Part shown: positions 54,002 to 64,000 of the stretch, one piece after another
Numbering within the stretch: the stretch's first letter is position 1
Layout of the letters: every line of letters starts with the position of its first letter
From: Nitrospinales bacterium
GTDB taxonomy: Bacteria > Nitrospinota > Nitrospinia > Nitrospinales > VA-1
Direction of reading: 5' to 3'
Assembly (NCBI GenBank): GCA_965223345.1
Contig: CBDCWG010000012.1
Location: 768,001-832,000 of the forward strand
Length of the DNA stretch: 64,000 nucleotides
Notes under the pieces: model-generated
Databases searched by the model: none
Told to the model about the DNA's origin: nothing
What the model saw: the letters and a program-made list of their open reading frames with translations, nothing else
Translations under genes and position numbers: made by a program

Positions 54002-54349
54002 CGTTGTCAACCGTTGGGAATGAAGTATTTATTAAAAGGTAGCAGGATTGAATATCTATAAATAGGAAAAAATCAATTCGCAACGAGAATGTGTCGATGC
54101 GGGCGAATATTCCTGACACGCGGATGCCCGGTCCGGTTTTGTGACGCCCGTCACTTTTGGCCGGCAAAAAAGATTGGGAGCCAATTTTCTCTGGCTAAAA
54201 CTTTCAACGGAAGGCATTGATTTCTAAGCGTTGAATTCCGGTGCGTCCCGGCAATTCCGTTGATTTTTCCCGTTTTACCTGTAAGGAAAGAGCCCTTTGT
54301 GCTACGTTTTTAAGTTACAGAACGTTCATTTTCCTGGGAGCACCTGCAA

Positions 54350-56251
54350 GTGAAGAAAATAAAAATAGCCATTGTGGGAATAGGCAATTGCGCCAGTTCC
54401 CTGATTCAGGGGATCCATTATTACCGCGGCTCGAACCTCGAGGGAGCCATCGGTTTGATGCATGGGGTGCTGGGAGGCTATCGGCCCGAAGACATCGAGG
54501 TGGTCGCCGCTTACGATGTCGATCGGCGCAAAGTCGGTAAAGACCTCAACCGGGCGGTGTTTGCAGAACCCAACTGCGCGCAGGTTTTTTGTTCCGACCT
54601 TCCCGAGGCGGGGCTGAAAGTGAAAATGGGAAAGACGCTCGATGGCGTGTCCGCGCACATGGCCGATTACGGTGAGGGCCGCACGTTTTTGCCCTCGGAT
54701 GCGCCGCAACCGGACAAAGCCGATGTGGTGCGCGCGCTCAAAGAAGCGGGCGCTCAAGTGCTGGTCAATTATCTGCCGGTGGGGTCGGAGCAGGCGACCC
54801 GGTTTTATGCGGAGTGCGCGCTGGAAGCCGGAACGGCTTTCATCAACAACATCCCGGTGTTCATCGCCAGCGATCCCGTCTGGGCGCGCCGCTTCGAAGA
54901 GAAGAACATCCCCATCATCGGCGACGACATCAAATCGCAGCTGGGCGCGACGATCACCCACCGGGTGCTCACCGATCTTTTCAAAAAACGCGGGGTCAAG
55001 CTGGACCGGACCTACCAGCTCAACACAGGCGGCAACACGGATTTTCTCAACATGATCAACCGCGACCGCCTCGCATCCAAGAAAAAATCGAAAACCGAAG
55101 CGGTCCAGTCGGTCACCGAGGAACCGCTGAACGCGGAGAACATCCACATCGGGCCCAGCGACTACGTTCCTTGGCAAAAAGACAACAAGGTCTGCTTCAT
55201 TCGCATGGAGGGGCGGATTTTCGGCAACGTTCCCATCAACCTGGAAATGCGGCTGTCGGTCGAGGACTCGCCCAATTCCGCCGGTGTGGCCATCGACACC
55301 ATCCGCTGCGCCAAGCTGGCGCTGGACCGCAAGGTGGGCGGCGTACTGTGCGGTCCCTCGGCGTATTTCTGCAAGCATCCGCTCATGCAGTTCACCGATG
55401 ACGAAGCGCACACCATGACGGAAAACTTCATCAAGGGAAAACCGGAACGCAAAAGCCGCAGCTGCCTGATCCTGGCGGCGGGGCAGGGCAGCCGCCTGCG
55501 CTCACGCGGGGCGAGCAAACCGCTCACGCCGATTTTCGGGATTCCGCTGATCGAGCGGGTGATCGTGGCCGCGCAGGAGGCCGGGGCGAACGATTTTTAC
55601 GTGGTCACCGGTTACCGGGAAGAACCCTTGAAAGCGTTTCTCGCCGATCTTTCCCACCGGCTCGGCATTCGCATCACGCCCATCGAAAACCCGGACTGGG
55701 AGCAGGGCAACGGCCTGTCGGTGCTCAAGGGAAAACCGTTTTTCGAGGAACCGTTTCTGCTCATGATGTCCGATCATCTGTTCGACCCGGCCATCGCGCG
55801 CGCGCTGCTGGCCTACCCGATCGGCAAGGACGAAATCGTGCTGGGCGTGGACCGGAATAAAGCAAATCTCCTGGTGGACCTGCAGGACGTCACGCGCGTG
55901 CAAACCGAGCAGGGGCGCATCCGGGCGATCGGCAAGGGCATTGCGGACTACGACGCCTTCGACACGGGCGTGTTCCTGTGCGGACCCGGTCTGTTCGAGG
56001 CGCTCGAGCGGTGCGCCGCGGAGGGAGACGACACGTCGCTTTCGCGGGCGGTGCAGATGCTTGCGGATGACAACCGCGCTTTCACGGCGGACGTCACCGG
56101 CCGGTTCTGGATCGATGTGGACGATCCCGCTTCCTTCAAACGCGCCGAGAACGCGCTGCTCGCCGAATTCGGCGAATCCCACGCCACGCCACCTGCGGAT
56201 GCAGGGAAGGACGGGGATGCGGTTGAGGCAAAAACCACGCAGCAAAAGTGA
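54350..56251 (+). CDS. Fusion of myo-inositol-1-phosphate synthase (Ino1) and IPCT-like cytidylyltransferase
   Basis: N-terminal ~365 aa: [43 protein letters not shown]-terminal: [31 protein letters not shown]. Confidence 0.92.
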   Translation: MKKIKIAIVGIGNCASSLIQGIHYYRGSNLEGAIGLMHGVLGGYRPEDIEVVAAYDVDRRKVGKDLNRAVFAEPNCAQVFCSDLPEAGLKVKMGKTLDGVSAHMADYGEGRTFLPSDAPQPDKADVVRALKEAGAQVLVNYLPVGSEQATRFYAECALEAGTAFINNIPVFIASDPVWARRFEEKNIPIIGDDIKSQLGATITHRVLTDLFKKRGVKLDRTYQLNTGGNTDFLNMINRDRLASKKKSKTEAVQSVTEEPLNAENIHIGPSDYVPWQKDNKVCFIRMEGRIFGNVPINLEMRLSVEDSPNSAGVAIDTIRCAKLALDRKVGGVLCGPSAYFCKHPLMQFTDDEAHTMTENFIKGKPERKSRSCLILAAGQGSRLRSRGASKPLTPIFGIPLIERVIVAAQEAGANDFYVVTGYREEPLKAFLADLSHRLGIRITPIENPDWEQGNGLSVLKGKPFFEEPFLLMMSDHLFDPAIARALLAYPIGKDEIVLGVDRNKANLLVDLQDVTRVQTEQGRIRAIGKGIADYDAFDTGVFLCGPGLFEALERCAAEGDDTSLSRAVQMLADDNRAFTADVTGRFWIDVDDPASFKRAENALLAEFGESHATPPADAGKDGDAVEAKTTQQK

Positions 56252-56274
56252 AGTTTTATTTAAGAGGAGGCGGC

Positions 56275-57285
56275 TCAGGAGTTTTCCGAGGGCCGGGCCG
56301 CTTCCTTTCTCCACGGGGCGGAGAACACCTTGCGCCCTAAAACCAGGCCCACCGCCACCCACATCAGCTCCTTGATCCTGCGGACGAACGACACCACCAG
56401 CCCGAGACTTCCGCCCATCCCCATCGCCGTGAATATCAGGACCAGCCCGGTTTCCTGAGCGCCGATGCTCAGGGGAATGAAGAAACTCGCCGAACGCACC
56501 AGTTGCGACAGCGACTCGACGATCCACAATTCGGTGAAACTCAGCGAATGCCCCAGAAAATAGAGCGTGACCTGAAGTTCGAGGATGCCCGCGACCCAGC
56601 CTAGAAAGGCGTATGCGGTTGAGGCCGCGCAGCGCTTGGGGTGGCCACGGTAATAATCGGAAATGTTGTCGCTGACGTGGCGCAGATGAATGCGGGTTTT
56701 CTGCACCCAGCGCGATGGCGGCAGAACCTTGAGCGTGTCGGCCATCCGATTCAGGATTCCGGTGATCTGGAACAGCAGGAAAAGAAAAATCAGGGTGGAA
56801 AAAATCACCAGCCCCTGCAAGCTGATGCGCTTGAATTCCGCTGATACCTGTTCGTTCGCTGCGATCAGGACCATGCCGCCGGCCAGAAACAGGATCAAGG
56901 CCAAAAGAGTGGTGGTCCGCTGGATCACCTGCGAGGCGACGCCCGCTTTGATGCCGATGCCGTAACGGCTTTTCATCAGGTGAGCCTTCACCGGCTCGCC
57001 TCCCAGAGTACCCAGCGGCGTGATGAGATTGAACGCTTCACCAATTTGCCGTATTTCCCACACCCTCCAGATGCGGAAGCCCCGGGTCTCACCCGGTTTG
57101 AACGCGTACACCCACGCGTACGCGCCCATCAGCGAAACGAACAGGGCGATGCCCAAAATAGGGATGAAGCCGAAGCGGATGTCGGCCAGCAGGCGGCCGA
57201 CCGCCGCAAGATCGACCTGCCGGACGGCCCAGACGAACAGAAAAACGCCCAGGATCCAGAAAAGCGCGTTGAGTAATTTCGCCAT
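56275..57285 (-). CDS. HpnL/UPF0104-like flippase-domain membrane protein
   Basis: GEAFN...P...GGEPVK, FFIP..IG.QE, RRIKEL; many TM helices. Confidence 0.82.
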   Translation of the reverse strand: MAKLLNALFWILGVFLFVWAVRQVDLAAVGRLLADIRFGFIPILGIALFVSLMGAYAWVYAFKPGETRGFRIWRVWEIRQIGEAFNLITPLGTLGGEPVKAHLMKSRYGIGIKAGVASQVIQRTTTLLALILFLAGGMVLIAANEQVSAEFKRISLQGLVIFSTLIFLFLLFQITGILNRMADTLKVLPPSRWVQKTRIHLRHVSDNISDYYRGHPKRCAASTAYAFLGWVAGILELQVTLYFLGHSLSFTELWIVESLSQLVRSASFFIPLSIGAQETGLVLIFTAMGMGGSLGLVVSFVRRIKELMWVAVGLVLGRKVFSAPWRKEAARPSENS

Positions 57286-57377
57286 GATCGGTGTGCAAAG
57301 AGTGAGATAAAAAAAGACCGGCAAATCCTAAGCCGAAATCGCCGTCGCTGTCAAACGCCGCCTGAAAGGAAGTCGCT

Positions 57378-58577
57378 ATGGCGTTGCATCGTGTGGTAAG
57401 AATAGCGAAGCGTTGCGCGAGAGGAGTCTCCATCCTGAAAATCTGTCTCACAATCCATTCGTCGCCGTGGTCGCGATTCAAAGGCGGCGGTCAGATCGCC
57501 GTGCACCAGATGGCCTGCGCGCTCAGCAGAAAAGGCTGCGAGGTGCACGTGGTGTACTCGAAACACCCGGATGAGAACCCGCGCCCCTCCGTCCCCTACA
57601 CGCTGCACTGGGTGCGGCGGTTCGACTGCGCGACGGTCAATCTCGATATTTTCTCGTTCGCAAAAAAACTCCGCCGTCTGTTGCGGCGGCAGCGGTTCGA
57701 CATCGTGCACGGCAATGCGGAGGAGTTTTTTTTCATTCCCGGCCTGTGCCGCAAATGGGGAGTGGTTCCTTTTTTCACCAGTCACGCGCCCTTCCTGCCA
57801 CAGCAGGGAGCCCTGCGAGGGCTGCTAAAGCCTGTGTGGTTGTTAAAGCGGGTCAACCCGCATCTGCTGCGCGCGGCCGCCGGCCGTTCGCACACCGTCG
57901 TCACGTTCAGCGAATTTTCCAAACAGCTCGTCGCGGATGCGTTCACAGGCACCCACTGCCCGCGACTGGAAACGGTGGATCCGGGTGTGGACCCTTCCTG
58001 GTTTGATGTGACGCGTTGTCCCGATGCCAAAGCGAATCTTTTGTTCTGGGGGCGGGTGGAAGAGGAAAAGGGGCTGCTGGAGTTGTTCGAAGCACTCAAG
58101 CAGGTGATGCGAATGCGGTCCGATGTGCGGCTCACGCTGGTGGGAGAGGGAAACCGTCTGGAAGAGTACCGGCGCCGGGCGTCTGCCTGCAACCTGGCGG
58201 TGGAGTTTTTGGGCTGGCAGGACACCGGGAAAATTCAACAACTCGCCGCCCGCGCCTGGGCGGGGGTGTTTCCGTCGCGGATCGAGAGTTTCGGTCTGGC
58301 GGTGGCGGAGGCGCAGGCCGTGGGACTGCCGGTGATCGCCACGCGGGCGGGGGCGCTACCTGAGATCGTGCAGGACGGATCGACCGGCGTGCTGGTGCCG
58401 CCAAAGGATGCGGCTGCGCTGGCGCGCGCGTTGATAGAATTTTTCGAAGACCGCCCGCGTTTCGAGGCGATGGCGGAAAAAGGGAGGGAGTTGGCGAAGT
58501 CACGATTTTCCTGGGAGAAAACCGCGGATCGTTTGCTCGCCCTGTATCGTGCCGCGTTGCATAAAAAGCCGGGCTGA
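57378..58577 (+). CDS. Glycosyltransferase family 4
   Basis: GGG, GRV..EKG, ESFGLAVAEA (Ex7E), FSWE; true start may be about 19 codons downstream. Confidence 0.92.
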   Translation: MALHRVVRIAKRCARGVSILKICLTIHSSPWSRFKGGGQIAVHQMACALSRKGCEVHVVYSKHPDENPRPSVPYTLHWVRRFDCATVNLDIFSFAKKLRRLLRRQRFDIVHGNAEEFFFIPGLCRKWGVVPFFTSHAPFLPQQGALRGLLKPVWLLKRVNPHLLRAAAGRSHTVVTFSEFSKQLVADAFTGTHCPRLETVDPGVDPSWFDVTRCPDAKANLLFWGRVEEEKGLLELFEALKQVMRMRSDVRLTLVGEGNRLEEYRRRASACNLAVEFLGWQDTGKIQQLAARAWAGVFPSRIESFGLAVAEAQAVGLPVIATRAGALPEIVQDGSTGVLVPPKDAAALARALIEFFEDRPRFEAMAEKGRELAKSRFSWEKTADRLLALYRAALHKKPG

Positions 58578-58648
58578 GTGGCGGGCGGAATCGTGCAAGC
58601 GCTCATTATTTTTACGCAGGCCGCCGTAAAGGAAGATTGAGGCTCACG

Positions 58649-59788
58649 ATGAACAAATCACTCCTGCATCCGAAAAAACGCGAGCGCGGCGCGAAGGATT
58701 TACGATTCAGGAACCGGCTCAAGGGTTGGGTCAAGAATCTGCCTTTTTTCTGGGAAATGGATTACCTGCGCCGCAAGGTGCACGACTCGCGCCTGTTCGA
58801 TTTCAGCGTGAGAGATCTTGCGGACACGCTGGAGGCCTGGCCGCAGGGCCTGCTGCTCGATGTCACCAACCGCTGCAACGCGAAATGCGTGTGGTGCCCG
58901 AATCCCGATCTCACCGACATGGGGTCCATGAAAATGGACCTGTACAAAAAGATCGTGGACGAATACGCGGGCATCGGCGGGGTGGTGCACTTCGGCACCT
59001 TCGGCGAACCGTTGATGGACAAGACCCTCGGCGAGAAGATCCGATACCTGAAACAATACCCGAGCGTTTCGAGAATCCAGGTTTTGACCAACGCGTTTTT
59101 CATGAACCGGAAGCTCATTCCCACGCTGCTGGAAAACTCCGTCGCCGTGGACATCAGCCTCGACGAGCTGGATAAGAAAACGTTCGAGGAGGTCAAGAAA
59201 ATGAGCTACGACGTGGTGCGCAAAAACATCCTCGATCTGCTCGAAGCCAACGACCGCCGGGAAACGCCGGTGCCGGTGCATTTCCGCATCAAGACCCTGA
59301 AGACAATGGAAGAGACGCTGAACCACGAATTTCTTCAGGAGATCGAATCGCACCGCTGCACGATTCAATTGACGCCGATCACGGAAAACATCATTTCCAA
59401 CTGGGCGGGCCGCTTCGACAACAAGCAGTTTTTCGAGTCCTACGGCATCGCGTCGAACGGCGGCTCGCGCTACAACCACAAACGCTTCAACCTCACCAAC
59501 CGCGCTCCCTGCACGCAGCTCTGGAAATGGATGGTGGTGTACTGGGATGGCAGCGTGGTCATGTGCTGCGCCGACATGTTTTCCTCCACCACGATGGGAA
59601 ACCTCACCGAGGACAGCATCGCGGAAGTCTGGCGCGGTACGAAGATGACCGAGCTGCGTAAAAAGATGATCGCGCGCAAGCGCTTCGACATCCCCCTCTG
59701 CCAGGACTGCGACATCCATCTGAGCTGGCAGCACCTGAAAGACCATTTCGACGGCACGGGCAGCCTGTTGCCCGAAACCTTCCTCTGA
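58649..59788 (+). CDS. Radical SAM protein with C-terminal SPASM/twitch domain
   Basis: CNAKCVWC; GEPL; PC...WDGSVVMCCAD...CQDC. Confidence 0.92.
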   Translation: MNKSLLHPKKRERGAKDLRFRNRLKGWVKNLPFFWEMDYLRRKVHDSRLFDFSVRDLADTLEAWPQGLLLDVTNRCNAKCVWCPNPDLTDMGSMKMDLYKKIVDEYAGIGGVVHFGTFGEPLMDKTLGEKIRYLKQYPSVSRIQVLTNAFFMNRKLIPTLLENSVAVDISLDELDKKTFEEVKKMSYDVVRKNILDLLEANDRRETPVPVHFRIKTLKTMEETLNHEFLQEIESHRCTIQLTPITENIISNWAGRFDNKQFFESYGIASNGGSRYNHKRFNLTNRAPCTQLWKWMVVYWDGSVVMCCADMFSSTTMGNLTEDSIAEVWRGTKMTELRKKMIARKRFDIPLCQDCDIHLSWQHLKDHFDGTGSLLPETFL

Positions 59789-59971
59789 CCCGAAAAGCCA
59801 TACGTTCTATTAATTCAATGGAATAGCCTCATATTCGGGCTGCGGGCGCGATCCAGTTGCGCCTTGTCGAGGGAGGCTTCTTTTCTGTTCCGGGGTTTTT
59901 CAGGATGGTGTACCATGATGCTTTTCCCCTTTCCCCAGGCGGGGAGGGGGACCTGAGACCTTGAGGCCAGA

Positions 59972-61867
<1,896 letters not shown>

Positions 61868-62083
61868 ATGCACACCGATTCCATACAGTGGCGGTTCGAA
61901 GTCGATAAGAAAGACATCGCCTACATCGTCAGCGTGTTCGAGGCCTACGAAAACCTGGCGGTGGTCCGCACGCTCGATCCTTCCAGGGGACTCATCGAAC
62001 TGATGATCTCCCCGGATTATCTCGACGACACACAACGCCTCATCGACCATCTGGCAGAAGAGATCCCGCTGCGCCGACTTTGA
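61868..62083 (+). CDS. DUF4911-like small protein
   Basis: IAYIVSVFEAYENLAVVRTLDP; starts directly after the mnmG stop. Confidence 0.7.
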   Translation: MHTDSIQWRFEVDKKDIAYIVSVFEAYENLAVVRTLDPSRGLIELMISPDYLDDTQRLIDHLAEEIPLRRL

Positions 62084-62094
62084 CCGGGTTTGGT

Positions 62095-62613
62095 TTAATA
62101 GTGCAGCAGCGAGTGGATAGAGTGGTCCGGCAGTTTTTCCCGCCCTTTGAGAAAATCCAGCTCGATCAGAAACGCCACTTCCACGATGTTCACCTGAAAA
62201 TTGTTGCTGATCAGATCGATGGTCGCCGACACGGTGCCGCCGGTGGCGAGCACGTCGTCCACCACCAGCACCTGCTGCCCCGTCTCGAACGCGTCCTGGT
62301 GAATTTCCACCGAATCGGTGCCGTATTCCAGCGAATAGGTTTTTTTGTACGTCTTGTAGGGGAGCTTTCCCGGTTTGCGCACGATGACGGTTCCCGCGCC
62401 GAGGGAATACGCCAGGGCGGCGGCGAACAGAAACCCGCGCGCCTCCACGCCGACCACGCAGTCGATGTTTTTTTCGACGTAGCGTTCCTTGAGCAGGTCG
62501 ATGGCTTGTTTGAACGTGTCTCCCTTTGCCAGAAGCGGGGCGATGTCTTTGAACACGATGCCTTTTTTGGGAAAGTCGGGAACGTCGCGAATGCTCGATC
62601 TCAATGATTCCAT
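62095..62613 (-). CDS. apt: Adenine phosphoribosyltransferase
   Basis: [39 protein letters not shown]. Confidence 0.97.
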   Translation of the reverse strand: MESLRSSIRDVPDFPKKGIVFKDIAPLLAKGDTFKQAIDLLKERYVEKNIDCVVGVEARGFLFAAALAYSLGAGTVIVRKPGKLPYKTYKKTYSLEYGTDSVEIHQDAFETGQQVLVVDDVLATGGTVSATIDLISNNFQVNIVEVAFLIELDFLKGREKLPDHSIHSLLHY

Positions 62614-62703
62614 GCTGTTTCCTTCGTTGGGACGGGGTTTTTCAGGGACCCGGGGTGGGTGTCCGCAAGAGTGTACCTTTTTTCTCCGTGTTTGCGGAAG
62701 CGA

Positions 62704-63426
62704 TTATCTGCGGGTGGAGAGGTATTTGAGCGGGTTTCGGGGATGGGTGTCGTTTCTCACCTCAAAGTGCAGGTGCGGCCCGGTGGAGCGGCCGGTGCTG
62801 CCGACGGAGGCGATCCGCTGGCCCTTCTTCACCCGCGCGCCTTTGCGCACCCAGTTTTTCGAGTTGTGCGCGTAGACGGTGGTCAGGTGGTTTTTGTGTT
62901 TGATGATCACCATGAGGCCGTAGCCGGTGGGGCCCCAGTCGCTGAACATCACGGTGCCGTCGGCGGCGGCGACGATGGGCGTGCCTTTGGGGGCGCCGAT
63001 GTCGATGCCTTCGTGGCGGCGGCCTTTGCGTTTGCCGAAGGTGGAGGTGAGAGTGCCTTTCACCGGCCAGCGCAGAAAATTCTTGATGGGCGGCCGTTTT
63101 TTGCCTTTGACGCTGATGTTGCGTTTCTTCGGGCGCTTGCGGTCGGTCGCCGCCACCTGAACGACGCGCGTCGCGCCGGGGATCCACAGCCGGGCGCCGG
63201 CGCGGACCTGCGTGGCGTCGCGGATCCGGTTGACCCGCATGAGGGTGCCGACCTGCGTCTTGTAGGCGCGGGCGATGCTGTACAGGGTCTGACCCGGTTT
63301 CACGACATGGGTCACGCCTCCGCTGCGCGGGTAGATGGGCGTGGGCCCGAACAGCGCGCAACCGGACAGCAGGGAGAGGAGGACCCAAAGCGATGCGAAT
63401 TTCAGAATCGAGGCTCTCAAAGGCAT
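62704..63426 (-). CDS. LysM plus M23 peptidase lipoprotein (NlpD-like)
   Basis: Lipobox LSGC; LysM HVVKPGQTLYSIA; HEGID, YAH, HLHFE. Confidence 0.93.
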   Translation of the reverse strand: MPLRASILKFASLWVLLSLLSGCALFGPTPIYPRSGGVTHVVKPGQTLYSIARAYKTQVGTLMRVNRIRDATQVRAGARLWIPGATRVVQVAATDRKRPKKRNISVKGKKRPPIKNFLRWPVKGTLTSTFGKRKGRRHEGIDIGAPKGTPIVAAADGTVMFSDWGPTGYGLMVIIKHKNHLTTVYAHNSKNWVRKGARVKKGQRIASVGSTGRSTGPHLHFEVRNDTHPRNPLKYLSTRR

Positions 63427-63639
63427 GGCGGTCGGCGTCGGGTTGCTAAGTTGTTGAAAAATTGTAACATTTTATGGGCGTTGAAGTCCATTGCAAGTCG
63501 TCCGGGGCCTTTACAAGCCGGGTGGCTTGCGGTATAAACGTGCTGTTGTTTCTCACGTTAGAAAAACTTCATGGCAACAATTCCCGCCTGTTTGGTTTCC
63601 GCTGTCTCCAGCCGGGGCCGGGTACGGATACTTGGAATC

Positions 63640-64000
63640 ATGCGAATCGTTCATTGGTGTCTTTTGCTCGGTATGGTTTTCGGATGCGGGGACGGCCGTC
63701 CGGCGCCGGAGCTTTTTTCCCTTCCGGTGGTTTACAATGTGGGTAAAAAGCCCGCAGCGGTTCTCGCCCACGACATGAACAACGACGGCTACCACGACCT
63801 GCTGGTGGCCAATTCCGGCGACGACACGTTCAATTTCCTCGAAGGGCTGGGCAACGGCACTTTCAAGGACCCGCAGACTCTGGACACGGGCCGCGAGCCG
63901 GTGGCGCTCGCCGCGTCGGACTTCAACGGCGACGGCACCCCCGACATCGCTATCTGCAATTACGGTGACGGCGACGTGGGCATCGTTCTGGGGCAGAAGG
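63640..64000 (+). CDS. FG-GAP/VCBS repeat lipoprotein (runs off the window end)
   Basis: Manual translation MRIVHWCLLLGMVFGC...DMNNDGYHDLLVAN...DFNGDGTPDIAICN. Confidence 0.85.
   Translation, partial: MRIVHWCLLLGMVFGCGDGRPAPELFSLPVVYNVGKKPAAVLAHDMNNDGYHDLLVANSGDDTFNFLEGLGNGTFKDPQTLDTGREPVALAASDFNGDGTPDIAICNYGDGDVGIVLGQK

Noticed and set aside
51788..59788. SWYVTED protein plus radical SAM/SPASM enzyme as a RiPP system
   Set aside because: They are 6.5 kb apart; the peptide has a Sec signal; the enzyme has no evident RRE/PqqD domain and is linked to a glycosyltransferase; no peptidase or exporter is nearby.

Overview
Core-genome window from a GC-rich diderm bacterium. Gene content (multiheme cytochromes, LRR/pentapeptide/TPR proteins, MqnA, membrane PPase) suggests a Nitrospinota-like organism; this is inference, not verified. 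Housekeeping content: tRNA-Val-thrS-infC-rpmI-rplT-pheS (no pheT follows), a TPP-riboswitch-controlled thiS-thiG-thiE-thiC operon, ispE-tRNA-Gln-prs-rplY-pth-hppA, hisI-hisG, an RNA-modification trio, ribF, tRNA-Leu, mnmG and apt. No CRISPR array, transposase, integrase or rRNA was seen. The most interesting loci are: (1) a CDP-inositol cluster after tRNA-Leu, with an unusual Ino1-IPCT fusion, a DIPPS-like CDP-alcohol phosphotransferase, an HpnL/flippase-like protein, a GT4 and a twitch-type radical SAM enzyme, a candidate modified inositol-lipid or solute pathway; (2) a fatty-acid cluster, cut by the window start, pairing two phytoene-desaturase-like flavoproteins with fabG/fabZ/fabI; (3) an Mla/Mce ABC system whose ATPase has lost three catalytic motifs; (4) a small secreted protein with three SWYVTED repeats; (5) a membrane chemoreceptor with an Aer2-type PAS domain; (6) a partial tatB duplication creating a new small ORF.
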